Below, piece after piece: positions 1-8,961 of a DNA stretch of 24,629 nucleotides (position 1 is the stretch's first letter; each line of letters opens with the position of its first letter). The notes beneath the pieces were generated by a model. The model did not search any database. It had not been told where the DNA came from and worked only from the letters and a program-made list of their open reading frames with translations. Location: contig SHMW01000068.1 of NCBI GenBank assembly GCA_008080735.1, positions 1-24,629 on the forward strand, in the 5' to 3' direction. Source of the DNA: Promethearchaeota archaeon (GTDB lineage Archaea; Asgardarchaeota; Lokiarchaeia; Sigyniarchaeales; SOKP01). The translations under genes and the position numbers were made by a program.

Positions 1-2
1 CC

Positions 3-1046
3 CATAGTTTAGTCGGAACTTTTCTCTATAATGATACAAACAATGATGATACACTATCTGTAGAATATCAAGATGTGACTGTTGGTGGTTCACCAGTCTA
101 TGACAAACAAGGCAATTTAGTTCAAGTTCCAAGAGATAATGAATTAACTCATAGATTATATATGCAATCTGCTGGTGGTTTTAATTATCTTGAGCCATCT
201 GTAACGGCTTCTAATAAAATTTCTTGGGGGCTTAACATATCTGATGTTAAAATGCATACCATCCCAATGGGTATAAAACTTAATTCATATCAGAATAAGA
301 CAAAAGCAGAACATCTTGATAATATATATCTTGGTGTTTCATTCAGTCCAGATTTAAGTGAGATAATCACTGCTGATGATGGAAGTACTTATCAGGTAGC
401 ATCCGCACCAGTAAAGCTTGATCAGCATTTTGGAGTCTGGAATGATGAAGCTGGTCCAAATTCTCCAATCAATGGATTAGATCTTTCAGTTATTTACGTA
501 TCAACAGTCCTACATTTCCACCTAACTGCTTCATTAACTCAAACGAATAGCTATCTTGAAAATACTGAATCCTATCATAAAAGTAGGAAAGTTTCTGTAG
601 GTAATTATCTAAGTCCAGATATCCAAAATAAGTTGGAATTTGTTGATATCGCGGGGCCGGGTTATTGGATCGGAAACAGGTCTGAATTAGCATCAGCTAC
701 AGATACAGATTTAAAAGAACCGACTACAAATATAATTCCCTTAGGACTTTGGGAAGCTGAAGAAGAAAGCCATAATAATTTTAAAACAGGAGCTGGAGAA
801 GATGTTAATATTTATGCTGGAGATTTAAGGATTAGTGCAAATTTTTCAGTAATGGCATATGCCGTTTGCTATCCAGAATTTAACGGCACTGGAGACGGAA
901 TAATTCACGATCCTACCTTCAATGTGTTCATGATCTTCGAGCCAACCGCGTTCTGGGCGCTCATTCTACTCATTGGCGGAATTAGCATACTTGGAATTGC
1001 CACGATTCTCATAAAGAGAAAAAAAGATGGTAAAGCACCATTTTAA
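3..1046 (+). CDS. Secreted/cell-surface protein with C-terminal membrane anchor (5'-truncated by window edge)
   Basis: The frame is open from position 3 (HSLVGTFLYNDTNNDDTLSVEYQDV...), so the ORF-track start at 75 is internal. It is N/D/S/T-rich and ends with IIHDP, a hydrophobic helix (AFWALILLIGGISILGIATILI) and a basic tail KRKK. Confidence 0.8.
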   Translation, partial: HSLVGTFLYNDTNNDDTLSVEYQDVTVGGSPVYDKQGNLVQVPRDNELTHRLYMQSAGGFNYLEPSVTASNKISWGLNISDVKMHTIPMGIKLNSYQNKTKAEHLDNIYLGVSFSPDLSEIITADDGSTYQVASAPVKLDQHFGVWNDEAGPNSPINGLDLSVIYVSTVLHFHLTASLTQTNSYLENTESYHKSRKVSVGNYLSPDIQNKLEFVDIAGPGYWIGNRSELASATDTDLKEPTTNIIPLGLWEAEEESHNNFKTGAGEDVNIYAGDLRISANFSVMAYAVCYPEFNGTGDGIIHDPTFNVFMIFEPTAFWALILLIGGISILGIATILIKRKKDGKAPF

Positions 1047-1070
1047 ACCCATTTAACAACTTAATTCAAA

Positions 1071-1103
1071 TTTTTTATTTTCTTTTTACATATTTTTTTT
1101 CTC
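1071..1103 (+). terminator. Archaeal oligo-T terminator
   Basis: Several T-tracts (ttttttattttcttttt...tatttttttt) start about 25 nt after the stop at 1046. Confidence 0.55.
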
Positions 1104-1297
1104 GTTTTATCGATTTAGTCCACGACTTTAAAAACCCCATATCCGTTCTCGACATTTCCCAGCCAATTAAAGGAGGGTTCGCATGATCGATAACCAAAAA
1201 TTATATATATTTAAAATGGATAATTTATTAATAGTTTTAATGCGTAACAATACAATAACGTTCTTGTAAAAATTTGTATAAACGAATGTGATAAAAT

Positions 1298-3100
1298 ATG
1301 CCAATTAAAAAAGATGATAAATACCAAGTAAATGAAAATAAGCTTTGGTTTAAAAAATGGTGGCCGGAAAACGTTCCGAAAAATACAACGTTTGAGGAGA
1401 TCACCATAAATGAGATGCTTGATCGCCAAGTGGAAAAATACGGCGATCAAAACGTCATGTGGTTCTTAGAGACGTGGATGACCTATAAAGAATTCCAAGA
1501 TAAGGTGAAACGGCTGGCAACTGCCCTACACGAGTTAGGAATTAGGAAGGGCGATGTAGTGGCAATGCATTTACCAAATTGCTTCCAATATATTATTGGG
1601 TATTATGCTGCTACGCGAATTGGAGCTATCGCGTCGGGAATAAACCCAACCTACCAACCAATGGAAATACTCCATCAATTAGATATAATTAAACCAAAGA
1701 TGCTTATAGTCTTAGACGCATTATACGAGCCATACATAAAACCGATCATTGACAAATCCAGCATCGAAATACTCGCCTATACCAATGTTGCAGACTTAGC
1801 GGATGGCCTAGGATTCAAACGAACTTTAGGGAAACTTATAGGAAAGATCCCAAAAGGTAAAGTAGAGTATGAAGGAGCGCTCGATCTCATGGACTTATTG
1901 GAGACGGAACCAAACGTACCCGATGTAGACTTTGATGTGAAAACTCACCCTGTCACCTATATTATGACGGGTGGTACCACTGGTTTACCAAAAGCTGCGG
2001 TTCTTACACATTTCAACGCGGTTTCAAACGCTCATCAAAGCAAGCTCTGGTTAGGCGGTGAAAAACCAGGCATAGGCAGTATAGGTGTATTACCATTGTT
2101 CCACAGTTTCGCACATACGGTGGTAATGAACTCGACAATTGCGCTTGGTGGTTGGATTATGCTCTTTCCGAAACCTCCCGAAACCGAAGAATTGCTTGAG
2201 ACAATCGAAGAACTTCCGGCTCCCGAAGGATTAGTGTATGCAGGTGCTGAAGTATTATTCAAACGTTTAGCCGAATTTGAAGATATAGGCGATTATCCCG
2301 GAGTTATGGGGAAATTGACCTTGTGTGTATCTGGTGCGGGACCACTTCATAGGCCCGTTCGAGATGCGTTTGTTGAAAATACTGGTGGAAGGATTGTCGA
2401 GGGATACGGACTTACAGAAGCTACTCCAGTCGTAAGTGCGGGTAATCTGTTCGGTGAAAGTCCAATTGGAGTCATTGGAATGCCATTCCCAGGTACAGAA
2501 TGGGGAATTTGGCCTACCGATGATTGGGAAGCGGGTCCGATTTGTATGGGAAATCCTGATGAAAAAGATTTCGGCGAAGAGCATACGGGAGAAGTGTGTG
2601 TGCATGGACCTCAAGTAATGTTGGAGTATCTCAACAAACCCGAAGAAACGGATGACACGATTAAAGAGTTTAAAGGAGCACTATGGCTTTTGACCGGTGA
2701 TATCGGATTTATGAACGATGATGGAACGATTGAACTGAGAGATAGAAAAAAACAATTGATCAAATATAAAGGATATTCAGTCTATCCGAAGGAAGTCGAA
2801 GAATTACTCATGAAGCATCCAGAAATTTCTGAAGCCGCGGTTGCCGGTATTCCTAACGAAGAGTGGGGAGAGGCAGTGAAGGCGTGGATCGAACTTACAC
2901 CAGGCTCAGACTTAACCGTGGACGAAATAAAAGCGTGGGCTGAAGATAACATGACTCACTATAAACGACCGTATTACGTTGAGATTATTGAGGAAGTTCC
3001 TAAGAATCTAATCGGAAAGGTCCAACGCAGAATTTTGCAAATCAACGACCCGGTCTATATTGAAAGACACGGAAAACCCGATAAAGTGGATCAAGCATAG
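1298..3100 (+). CDS. fadD: Long-chain-fatty-acid--CoA ligase (AMP-binding/ANL family)
   Basis: Motifs MTGGTTGLPK (P-loop), EGYGLTE, LLTGDIG, DRKKQLIK, VYPKEVEE and PKNLIGKV (catalytic Lys); 600 aa. Confidence 0.92.
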   Translation: MPIKKDDKYQVNENKLWFKKWWPENVPKNTTFEEITINEMLDRQVEKYGDQNVMWFLETWMTYKEFQDKVKRLATALHELGIRKGDVVAMHLPNCFQYIIGYYAATRIGAIASGINPTYQPMEILHQLDIIKPKMLIVLDALYEPYIKPIIDKSSIEILAYTNVADLADGLGFKRTLGKLIGKIPKGKVEYEGALDLMDLLETEPNVPDVDFDVKTHPVTYIMTGGTTGLPKAAVLTHFNAVSNAHQSKLWLGGEKPGIGSIGVLPLFHSFAHTVVMNSTIALGGWIMLFPKPPETEELLETIEELPAPEGLVYAGAEVLFKRLAEFEDIGDYPGVMGKLTLCVSGAGPLHRPVRDAFVENTGGRIVEGYGLTEATPVVSAGNLFGESPIGVIGMPFPGTEWGIWPTDDWEAGPICMGNPDEKDFGEEHTGEVCVHGPQVMLEYLNKPEETDDTIKEFKGALWLLTGDIGFMNDDGTIELRDRKKQLIKYKGYSVYPKEVEELLMKHPEISEAAVAGIPNEEWGEAVKAWIELTPGSDLTVDEIKAWAEDNMTHYKRPYYVEIIEEVPKNLIGKVQRRILQINDPVYIERHGKPDKVDQA

Positions 3101-3103
3101 ATC

Positions 3104-3168
3104 CTTTTTCTAACAAATTTATTTTTATTTTTCTTCTTAATTTTTCAGAACAATTTCTCTTTTCTTAG
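3104..3168 (+). terminator. Oligo-T terminator after fadD
   Basis: T-rich run immediately after the stop codon, in a convergent intergenic region. Confidence 0.5.
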
Positions 3169-3268
3169 CTAAGAAACCTATTTTTATTATAGTTGTAGAT
3201 CATATTAGCTGTTATAAACAAGAGAGACTCATAATAAGTAGTATGTATTTAAATATAAACACGTGAGA

Positions 3269-3799
3269 TTAGCCAAGACCCGCCTTCTTAATCATAAGTT
3301 GGGTGATAGCCTCAAAGGTCTTTTCGACGTTGTCTCCCGTTTTTGAGCTGGTTTCGATAAAACCATTCAATCCGCGTGATTTCGCGATTTTAATTCCCTC
3401 TTCCGAGCTAACTTCTCTCTGGTCTTCAAGGTCTGCCTTACCTCCCACGACCAATATAGGAAAGCGATTTTCGGGCTTAATTTCTTTTCGAATTACCACT
3501 AACCAGTCATCGATGTGGGCAAGCGTGGAAAAGTTCGTAATATCATACATAAAGAGCCCTCCAGAAGCACCACGGACATAGGTCGGAAGTAAGAATCTGA
3601 ATCGTTCCTCCCCCCCAAAATCCCAGATTTGTAATTTCACTTTCCTCCCCAGCGTCGCCACACTTTTCACATTAAAATCAACCCCGATAGTCATAGTTGA
3701 GTCTGGTTTGAACACATTGGTTAAAAATCTATGAGTTAGAGTAGTTTTCCCACAGCCCGCATCTCCGAATATCACGAGCTTGAATGTAGCGTCGTACAT
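3269..3799 (-). CDS. Rab-like small GTPase (deviant G3/G4)
   Basis: G1 GDAGCGKT, G2 TIGVDF, G3 WDFGGEERF, G4 GGKAD, G5 ETSSK; Rab-like KLQIWD and YVRGA segments; no C-terminal Cys. Confidence 0.93.
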   Translation of the reverse strand: MYDATFKLVIFGDAGCGKTTLTHRFLTNVFKPDSTMTIGVDFNVKSVATLGRKVKLQIWDFGGEERFRFLLPTYVRGASGGLFMYDITNFSTLAHIDDWLVVIRKEIKPENRFPILVVGGKADLEDQREVSSEEGIKIAKSRGLNGFIETSSKTGDNVEKTFEAITQLMIKKAGLG

Positions 3800-4124
3800 T
3801 ACACTATTTCACCATCCTCATTTGAGATTTCACACAATTCTCTATTTTTTTGTCAACATTTAGGTTTCTTCTTTCGATGTTATAATTAATAATACGATTC
3901 TTACTTATATATTTTTCAAATCTGTTATATTGAATTAATAGAAAATCACTTTATATAAAAATATGTATTTGTTGAAATACAAATATTACAGAGACTACCC
4001 AGGGTATCTGTAAAAGTGCCATAAAAGTCTTATATGATGGATACAATTTTATTTATTATATGTTTGTATTAAATGAAGCGTAATCAGTCAAATATACTTT
4101 AAAGTGATGAAGTGCCAGAATTAT

Positions 4125-5417
4125 TTATTTAAATCCGTAATTCTGTTTGGCGAATTTCTTTAATACAGCCCATTGCTCGCCCGTGGTGCCAAAATACTTG
4201 AAAACCCCTATACCAAACCCGAAATCAAACCCATATAATTGCTTCAGCATTTCCTCAGCATTGCATTCAACTGAATTGGTGATTGCGAGGGCGGGACTGT
4301 TAAACTCATGGGCCCGCTTTTTCATATTTCTCAGAAAATACCAATAAAAGAAGTCTCCAACCTTTCCCCAAAACCATCCATCATCGCGGGTTCCCATCAA
4401 ATAGGGATATTCCATCGGGGAAACTATATCGAAAACTGCCGAGAGTTTCTCCCAGTTCTGCGCAATTTTTTTACGGGTAAACCACTTTTTAGGTCCAGGA
4501 AGGCAAAACCATCCAGTAATACAATTGGGATCCTTCTTTTTAATAGTTTTGTGTAGTTTTTTGCCATATCGTACAATAGTCTCTTCCTTAAAATTATACC
4601 ATTCCGAGCTTTTTATTATTTTAGGTTTTGAGCCATACTGTTCCCGAAACCGAGACCTACACCGCTCACATGTACACAAATCCTTAAATGCGCCATCGTA
4701 TCGTATATAATCTGCAAAAAATGCATCAACAGAATAATTTTGAACGACTTCCTCAGCTAAGGATAAAAGGTAATCTACATGTTTACTATTCGGACACATA
4801 AAACTGGTAAGTGGGATATAACCTTTACCGCGTGTACTTCGTGCCTTCCCTGATTCTTTATCAATCTGATCGGTCAAAAAGGGAATTTTCTGTCTATATC
4901 GAGCGAAAGGCACATTTTTAGGTTTACTTACTCTCATTTCCCCTTCTGGATGGGTAGAAATATCGCCTTTTTGGTATACGCGACCGAATTTTTTCCCTTT
5001 CTTCCCATGGACGCTCACTCTTTCAGGATGGAGATGTCCTTGATAGGCGTCATTCATGCTGGTAAATGAGACTAATAAGGGAATATCTCTAGCCCTGCAT
5101 TCATCGGAAAATTCTCCTAAAATATCTCTATTAGTGGGGTTCCAGCCATTTTTAGTGTTCCAGATGCATGCACCGTCAGTATCTTTTATTACTAACCCTA
5201 CAGTATTAAAATGGTATTCTTCTAAGGTATCCATCACTTCTTTCACGTTCAAATCGTTTTCGGCAAATTCATAATCCAATTTTCTAAACCCTCTAGACCC
5301 TCGAATGGGCATTATTGCCATGGCAAATATTTTATCACATCCTAATCTTTTCTTGATTGCGTCTAGCATAGTCTTACGATAAGTAAAATACTTAGACCAA
5401 TCCACGTCGGAACCCAT
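4125..5417 (-). CDS. Glycoside-hydrolase-like TIM-barrel protein (GHL10/GHL6-like)
   Basis: RDILGEF..ECRARDI segment, MCPNS, VDAFFADYIRY, CTCERC cluster and SPMEY resemble GHL10/GHL6-type putative hydrolases; no signal peptide seen. Confidence 0.6.
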   Translation of the reverse strand: MGSDVDWSKYFTYRKTMLDAIKKRLGCDKIFAMAIMPIRGSRGFRKLDYEFAENDLNVKEVMDTLEEYHFNTVGLVIKDTDGACIWNTKNGWNPTNRDILGEFSDECRARDIPLLVSFTSMNDAYQGHLHPERVSVHGKKGKKFGRVYQKGDISTHPEGEMRVSKPKNVPFARYRQKIPFLTDQIDKESGKARSTRGKGYIPLTSFMCPNSKHVDYLLSLAEEVVQNYSVDAFFADYIRYDGAFKDLCTCERCRSRFREQYGSKPKIIKSSEWYNFKEETIVRYGKKLHKTIKKKDPNCITGWFCLPGPKKWFTRKKIAQNWEKLSAVFDIVSPMEYPYLMGTRDDGWFWGKVGDFFYWYFLRNMKKRAHEFNSPALAITNSVECNAEEMLKQLYGFDFGFGIGVFKYFGTTGEQWAVLKKFAKQNYGFK

Positions 5418-5468
5418 TTAAATTACCTAAATTTTAGATTAAATTTATTCTTGAATTTTTTTTGGTAT

Positions 5469-5846
5469 TTATAAATCTACTGATACGGTTACTGCTGCGT
5501 TGCAGATGATCATTTGATTTGAGGTGTCCCCTAATTCTTCAATTTGGACACACTGAGCGAGAAGTCCGCCTTTCACGACTTCCAGTGACTTTTCTCCGAA
5601 TGGGATTGCTTTTAACACCTTTTTTTTATCAAGCTTATCTGGAAAGGGCGCGCCAATCTTTACATGAACTTTCATTTGTAAAAGTTGTTTCGGGGTTCTT
5701 AGATCGCAAATTTCAATTAATCCCGTCAGACAGTTATCCGAGATGGCATTTTTTATTGCCTTAATCGCGGCATTCGTGCAATCATTTTCATGACCGTGCT
5801 GATCGGTGCCGCTTCCTACTTGTACGATAAATCTTTTAATTGTCAT
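5469..5846 (-). CDS. Lin0512-family protein (unknown function)
   Basis: KRFIVQVGSGTDQHG..CTNAAIKAIKNAI, IPFG, GGL and C-terminal NAAVTV match the family pattern; 125 aa. Confidence 0.8.
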   Translation of the reverse strand: MTIKRFIVQVGSGTDQHGHENDCTNAAIKAIKNAISDNCLTGLIEICDLRTPKQLLQMKVHVKIGAPFPDKLDKKKVLKAIPFGEKSLEVVKGGLLAQCVQIEELGDTSNQMIICNAAVTVSVDL

Positions 5847-5977
5847 TGTGTACTCGTGTATAATTTTGTTAATATGTTAATATAATCTATAAATATCTTA
5901 ATTCTAATCGGTAAAATAATTTTGCATTATCCAGAAATTATAATATTTTATAAAATAAAAAGAGAATAAACGATTAA

Positions 5978-7054
5978 TCATCGCTTCCAGAACGCTTTAG
6001 GAGTAATTTCGTCAGGTATGTTACTAAATGGACATGCTTTTATGCATTTAGCGCAATCAGAACTATAATGAACCCACCCATCATAACATTTTTCCACATC
6101 CACGTACCATTTCTTGGTTCCAGAATTATTAGATTTTGAATATGGTTGATATGTTGGAGAATCATTGTTGCTAATTGCTCCAAAATCACATGCGTCCGCG
6201 CAGCGTTGGCAATTAGTACATGTGTCATTGATCTTATTGATAAAATCAATATCGGGCTCATCTTCTTCTAACGGCATATCTGTTAAAACTTTACATAGTC
6301 TGATCCTTGGCCCAAAATCTTTAGTTATTAAAATCCCGATCCTTCCCAAGGCACCTAAGCCCGCATCAATAGCTAGCGGGATACTAAGCGCAGTATCATT
6401 TGCGCATGGTAATGCCGTATAGCCGAGATTTCTAATAAATTGAGCCATGCATGCGATAGTAAAGCTCATTTTTGAATACCCCAATCCCGCCGACGCAAAT
6501 TCCAGAAAGGTTGGAGCACAATTAATCCCATCTGGCTCCATTTCTATCGCCATCACGACCGCGTGAGTAATATCATTGGGTAATGAAACCTCTGGAAAAT
6601 TAAGTTCTTGTTTTTCTTGAATTGAAGTAGAATAGAGTTCAACTTTTGTCTTATATAACCAATTATCATCTAAAGAAGTAATTCCAACCTTTGACGCCCC
6701 GAAAAATTTGGCTGCTTTCTTCACGTAAATGCTAAGCTGCTCTGGGGAAATATTTTCCGGAGCTCGATTTCTGACCTCTCCGGGAATATAATCTTGTGGA
6801 GAATGCTCTGGAAATTTTTCATATGCATACGGCATATGCTTATTAATCGTCCATGAGGCCGCGGCTAATGCCAAATCAACTCGGGAATAACCATCCTTAC
6901 CCGAATCGACTAATTCAGTCATTCCCGTTCGCAATGTTTTATGATAATGGGTAAACTCGGGGTCATATAATGATCGATAAATGCAATGATTTTGTTCGGG
7001 AAATCGTTCATACTTCTCAGTTTGTAATTCATAAATATCTGAGGCTTTTTTCAT
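5978..7054 (-). CDS. Reductive dehalogenase-like cobalamin/[4Fe-4S] protein (RdhA/QueG superfamily)
   Basis: VKKAAKFFGASKVGI, SIPLAIDAGLGALGRIGILIT..FGPRIRLCKVLTDMPL, and Fe-S motifs CTNCQRCADAC and C-x10-CAKCIKACP. ATG at 7054 with a purine-rich upstream segment is preferred over TTG 7093. Confidence 0.85.
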   Translation of the reverse strand: MKKASDIYELQTEKYERFPEQNHCIYRSLYDPEFTHYHKTLRTGMTELVDSGKDGYSRVDLALAAASWTINKHMPYAYEKFPEHSPQDYIPGEVRNRAPENISPEQLSIYVKKAAKFFGASKVGITSLDDNWLYKTKVELYSTSIQEKQELNFPEVSLPNDITHAVVMAIEMEPDGINCAPTFLEFASAGLGYSKMSFTIACMAQFIRNLGYTALPCANDTALSIPLAIDAGLGALGRIGILITKDFGPRIRLCKVLTDMPLEEDEPDIDFINKINDTCTNCQRCADACDFGAISNNDSPTYQPYSKSNNSGTKKWYVDVEKCYDGWVHYSSDCAKCIKACPFSNIPDEITPKAFWKR

Positions 7055-7235
7055 GCTTACCACTCTTCTATAGTGTATTAAAAATTGTTTCAAATTATAT
7101 AAATTATTCTTTCATTTCAAAATGCCACCATTAATAAAAAAAAATTAACAGGAACCGAACTTTCCTTAAAACACAAAGAATTAATTTCATAATCTGTAAA
7201 TTAATGTTAAAGAATAGGAAATGGATTGATTTAGG

Positions 7236-8282
7236 ATGAAAGAACTAAAAGTTGGAATTATTGGATCTGGATTTGTCGCAGAACATCATGTATATGGATA
7301 TACCCTATTGCCAAATGTGAAAATAGTAGGAATATCCGCACTCCATAAAGATAAACCCATGCAATTGAAGAAAAAATTTGATTTGGATTTCGAATGGTAT
7401 AAAGATTATGGCGATTTACTAAAAAAAGAGTTAGATGCGGTCTCAATTTGTTTACCAAATTATTTACATAAAAACGTCGCTATTGATGCTCTAACTTCTG
7501 GTGCTCACGCTCTTATTGAAAAACCATTAGCCCTAAATGCGGAGGAAGGGAATGAAATGTTAGATGCGGAAAACTCATCTAATCGGAGAATTTTTTATTG
7601 TGAAAATAACATGTTTGCTCCGTGCTTCAAAAAAGCTAAAGAAGTTATCGAGGAGGGCGGGATTGGAGAGATTTATATGGCAAACGGGCGAGAGCAACAT
7701 TCTGGCCCTCATTCCTCTTGGTTTTATAAAAAAGATAAAGCGGGAGGTGGGGCATTACTCGATTTAGGTATTCATGATATTGCGTGCTTAGTATGGTACG
7801 TTGATTGCGACGTAGAAGAGGTTTTTTGCCAAATGAGAACTGTTAAACCGAACAGAGAAGAGTTTGGAGAGTGTGAAGTGGAGGATAACGCTGTAGGTGT
7901 TATTTATTTCGAAAACGGGGCACAAGTGGTTATCGAGGAGTCGTGGACCAAACCTGGAGGTTATGATATGGGCTTCGAACTGTTTGGAATTGATGGTCAG
8001 ATATCCGTATCCCCGACGTTCAATAACCAAATAAGTGTATATAGTGAAAAAGGTTATGGATATGCTGTCGAAAAGGCAAGCTCGACCAGAGGCTGGACAT
8101 TCCCAGTGCCGAATGAATCGTGGACTTTTGGATATCCGCAAGAGATACGAGCATTTATGGATGCAATCACCGAGAAGAACGATATTGCCTCGGATGGGAA
8201 ATTTGGGTTAAAGATACTTCAAATTGCCGACAGTATGTATAAAAGCGCCCAATCCGGTAAAAAAGAGGAAGTAATTTACTAG
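7236..8282 (+). CDS. Gfo/Idh/MocA family NAD(P)-dependent oxidoreductase
   Basis: VGIIGSG, ICLPNYLH, LIEKPLA, GGGALLDLGIH motifs. Confidence 0.92.
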   Translation: MKELKVGIIGSGFVAEHHVYGYTLLPNVKIVGISALHKDKPMQLKKKFDLDFEWYKDYGDLLKKELDAVSICLPNYLHKNVAIDALTSGAHALIEKPLALNAEEGNEMLDAENSSNRRIFYCENNMFAPCFKKAKEVIEEGGIGEIYMANGREQHSGPHSSWFYKKDKAGGGALLDLGIHDIACLVWYVDCDVEEVFCQMRTVKPNREEFGECEVEDNAVGVIYFENGAQVVIEESWTKPGGYDMGFELFGIDGQISVSPTFNNQISVYSEKGYGYAVEKASSTRGWTFPVPNESWTFGYPQEIRAFMDAITEKNDIASDGKFGLKILQIADSMYKSAQSGKKEEVIY

Positions 8283-8321
8283 TAAATTCTAATTAGTGTG
8301 TAATTATTCAATTTTACTTTC

Positions 8322-8690
8322 TTATTCTTCTTTTTTAGTTTTCTTTTGTTTATAGTTCGGGTCATACCATGTTCTTTGGGCTCTTTTAATTTGTTCGGGC
8401 ATATCTTCATACGGTGAGTTCTCTTCTTTTAATTCAAGATTGCTACCGTATCGTATCTGTGTTTTAGGATGGAGATACCCCGCCTTGGCAATACTATTTG
8501 CTGCCCTGAGAGCAGTTCTTCTGGCAATTAGAGAGGCCCCTCGAATATAAAAATATTTCCAATGATTGTGTTCGGGGAGGAATTCCAAGAAAATCCCCTC
8601 ATTCATCTCTCTATCAGAAGTTATAGGATCGAACTTGCCCTCCGATTCATTCCATTTCAGTACGAGATTTTCAGAATTGATTTTACTCAT
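8322..8690 (-). CDS. Hypothetical protein, possibly a single gelsolin-like domain
   Basis: 122-aa ORF. Two hydrophobic strands (IFLEFL, WKYFYI) followed by G and a long Ala/Arg helix (ASLIARRTALRAANSIAK) fit the gelsolin-domain topology. The fold call is tentative. Confidence 0.55.
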   Translation of the reverse strand: MSKINSENLVLKWNESEGKFDPITSDREMNEGIFLEFLPEHNHWKYFYIRGASLIARRTALRAANSIAKAGYLHPKTQIRYGSNLELKEENSPYEDMPEQIKRAQRTWYDPNYKQKKTKKEE

Positions 8691-8961
8691 GTTAGTGGTA
8701 TCTTATTGTGATTTCGTTGTTAATTATTATTTAAAAACAACTTATATATAAGAATTTGCACGAAACGTTTTGAATTGATATATATTTCTTTCAGAATTTT
8801 AGTATTTTTTCCCAAATCAATTATATCATATCTAAAAATTAAAATAGGAAAATTTAGATTCTAAATTTGAAGGTTTTTATTTGAAAGAATATTTATTTTT
8901 TCATATTTAGTTAGGCTGGATATTAATAGAATTTTTTAATCTTTTAAGGAGTTATTTTTAC

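Noticed and set aside
1168-1269. SD-like aaggagg followed by a 28-codon ORF (1183-1269) upstream of fadD
   Set aside because: It runs through the AT-rich TATA-like promoter region of fadD and has no recognisable protein features; probably chance.
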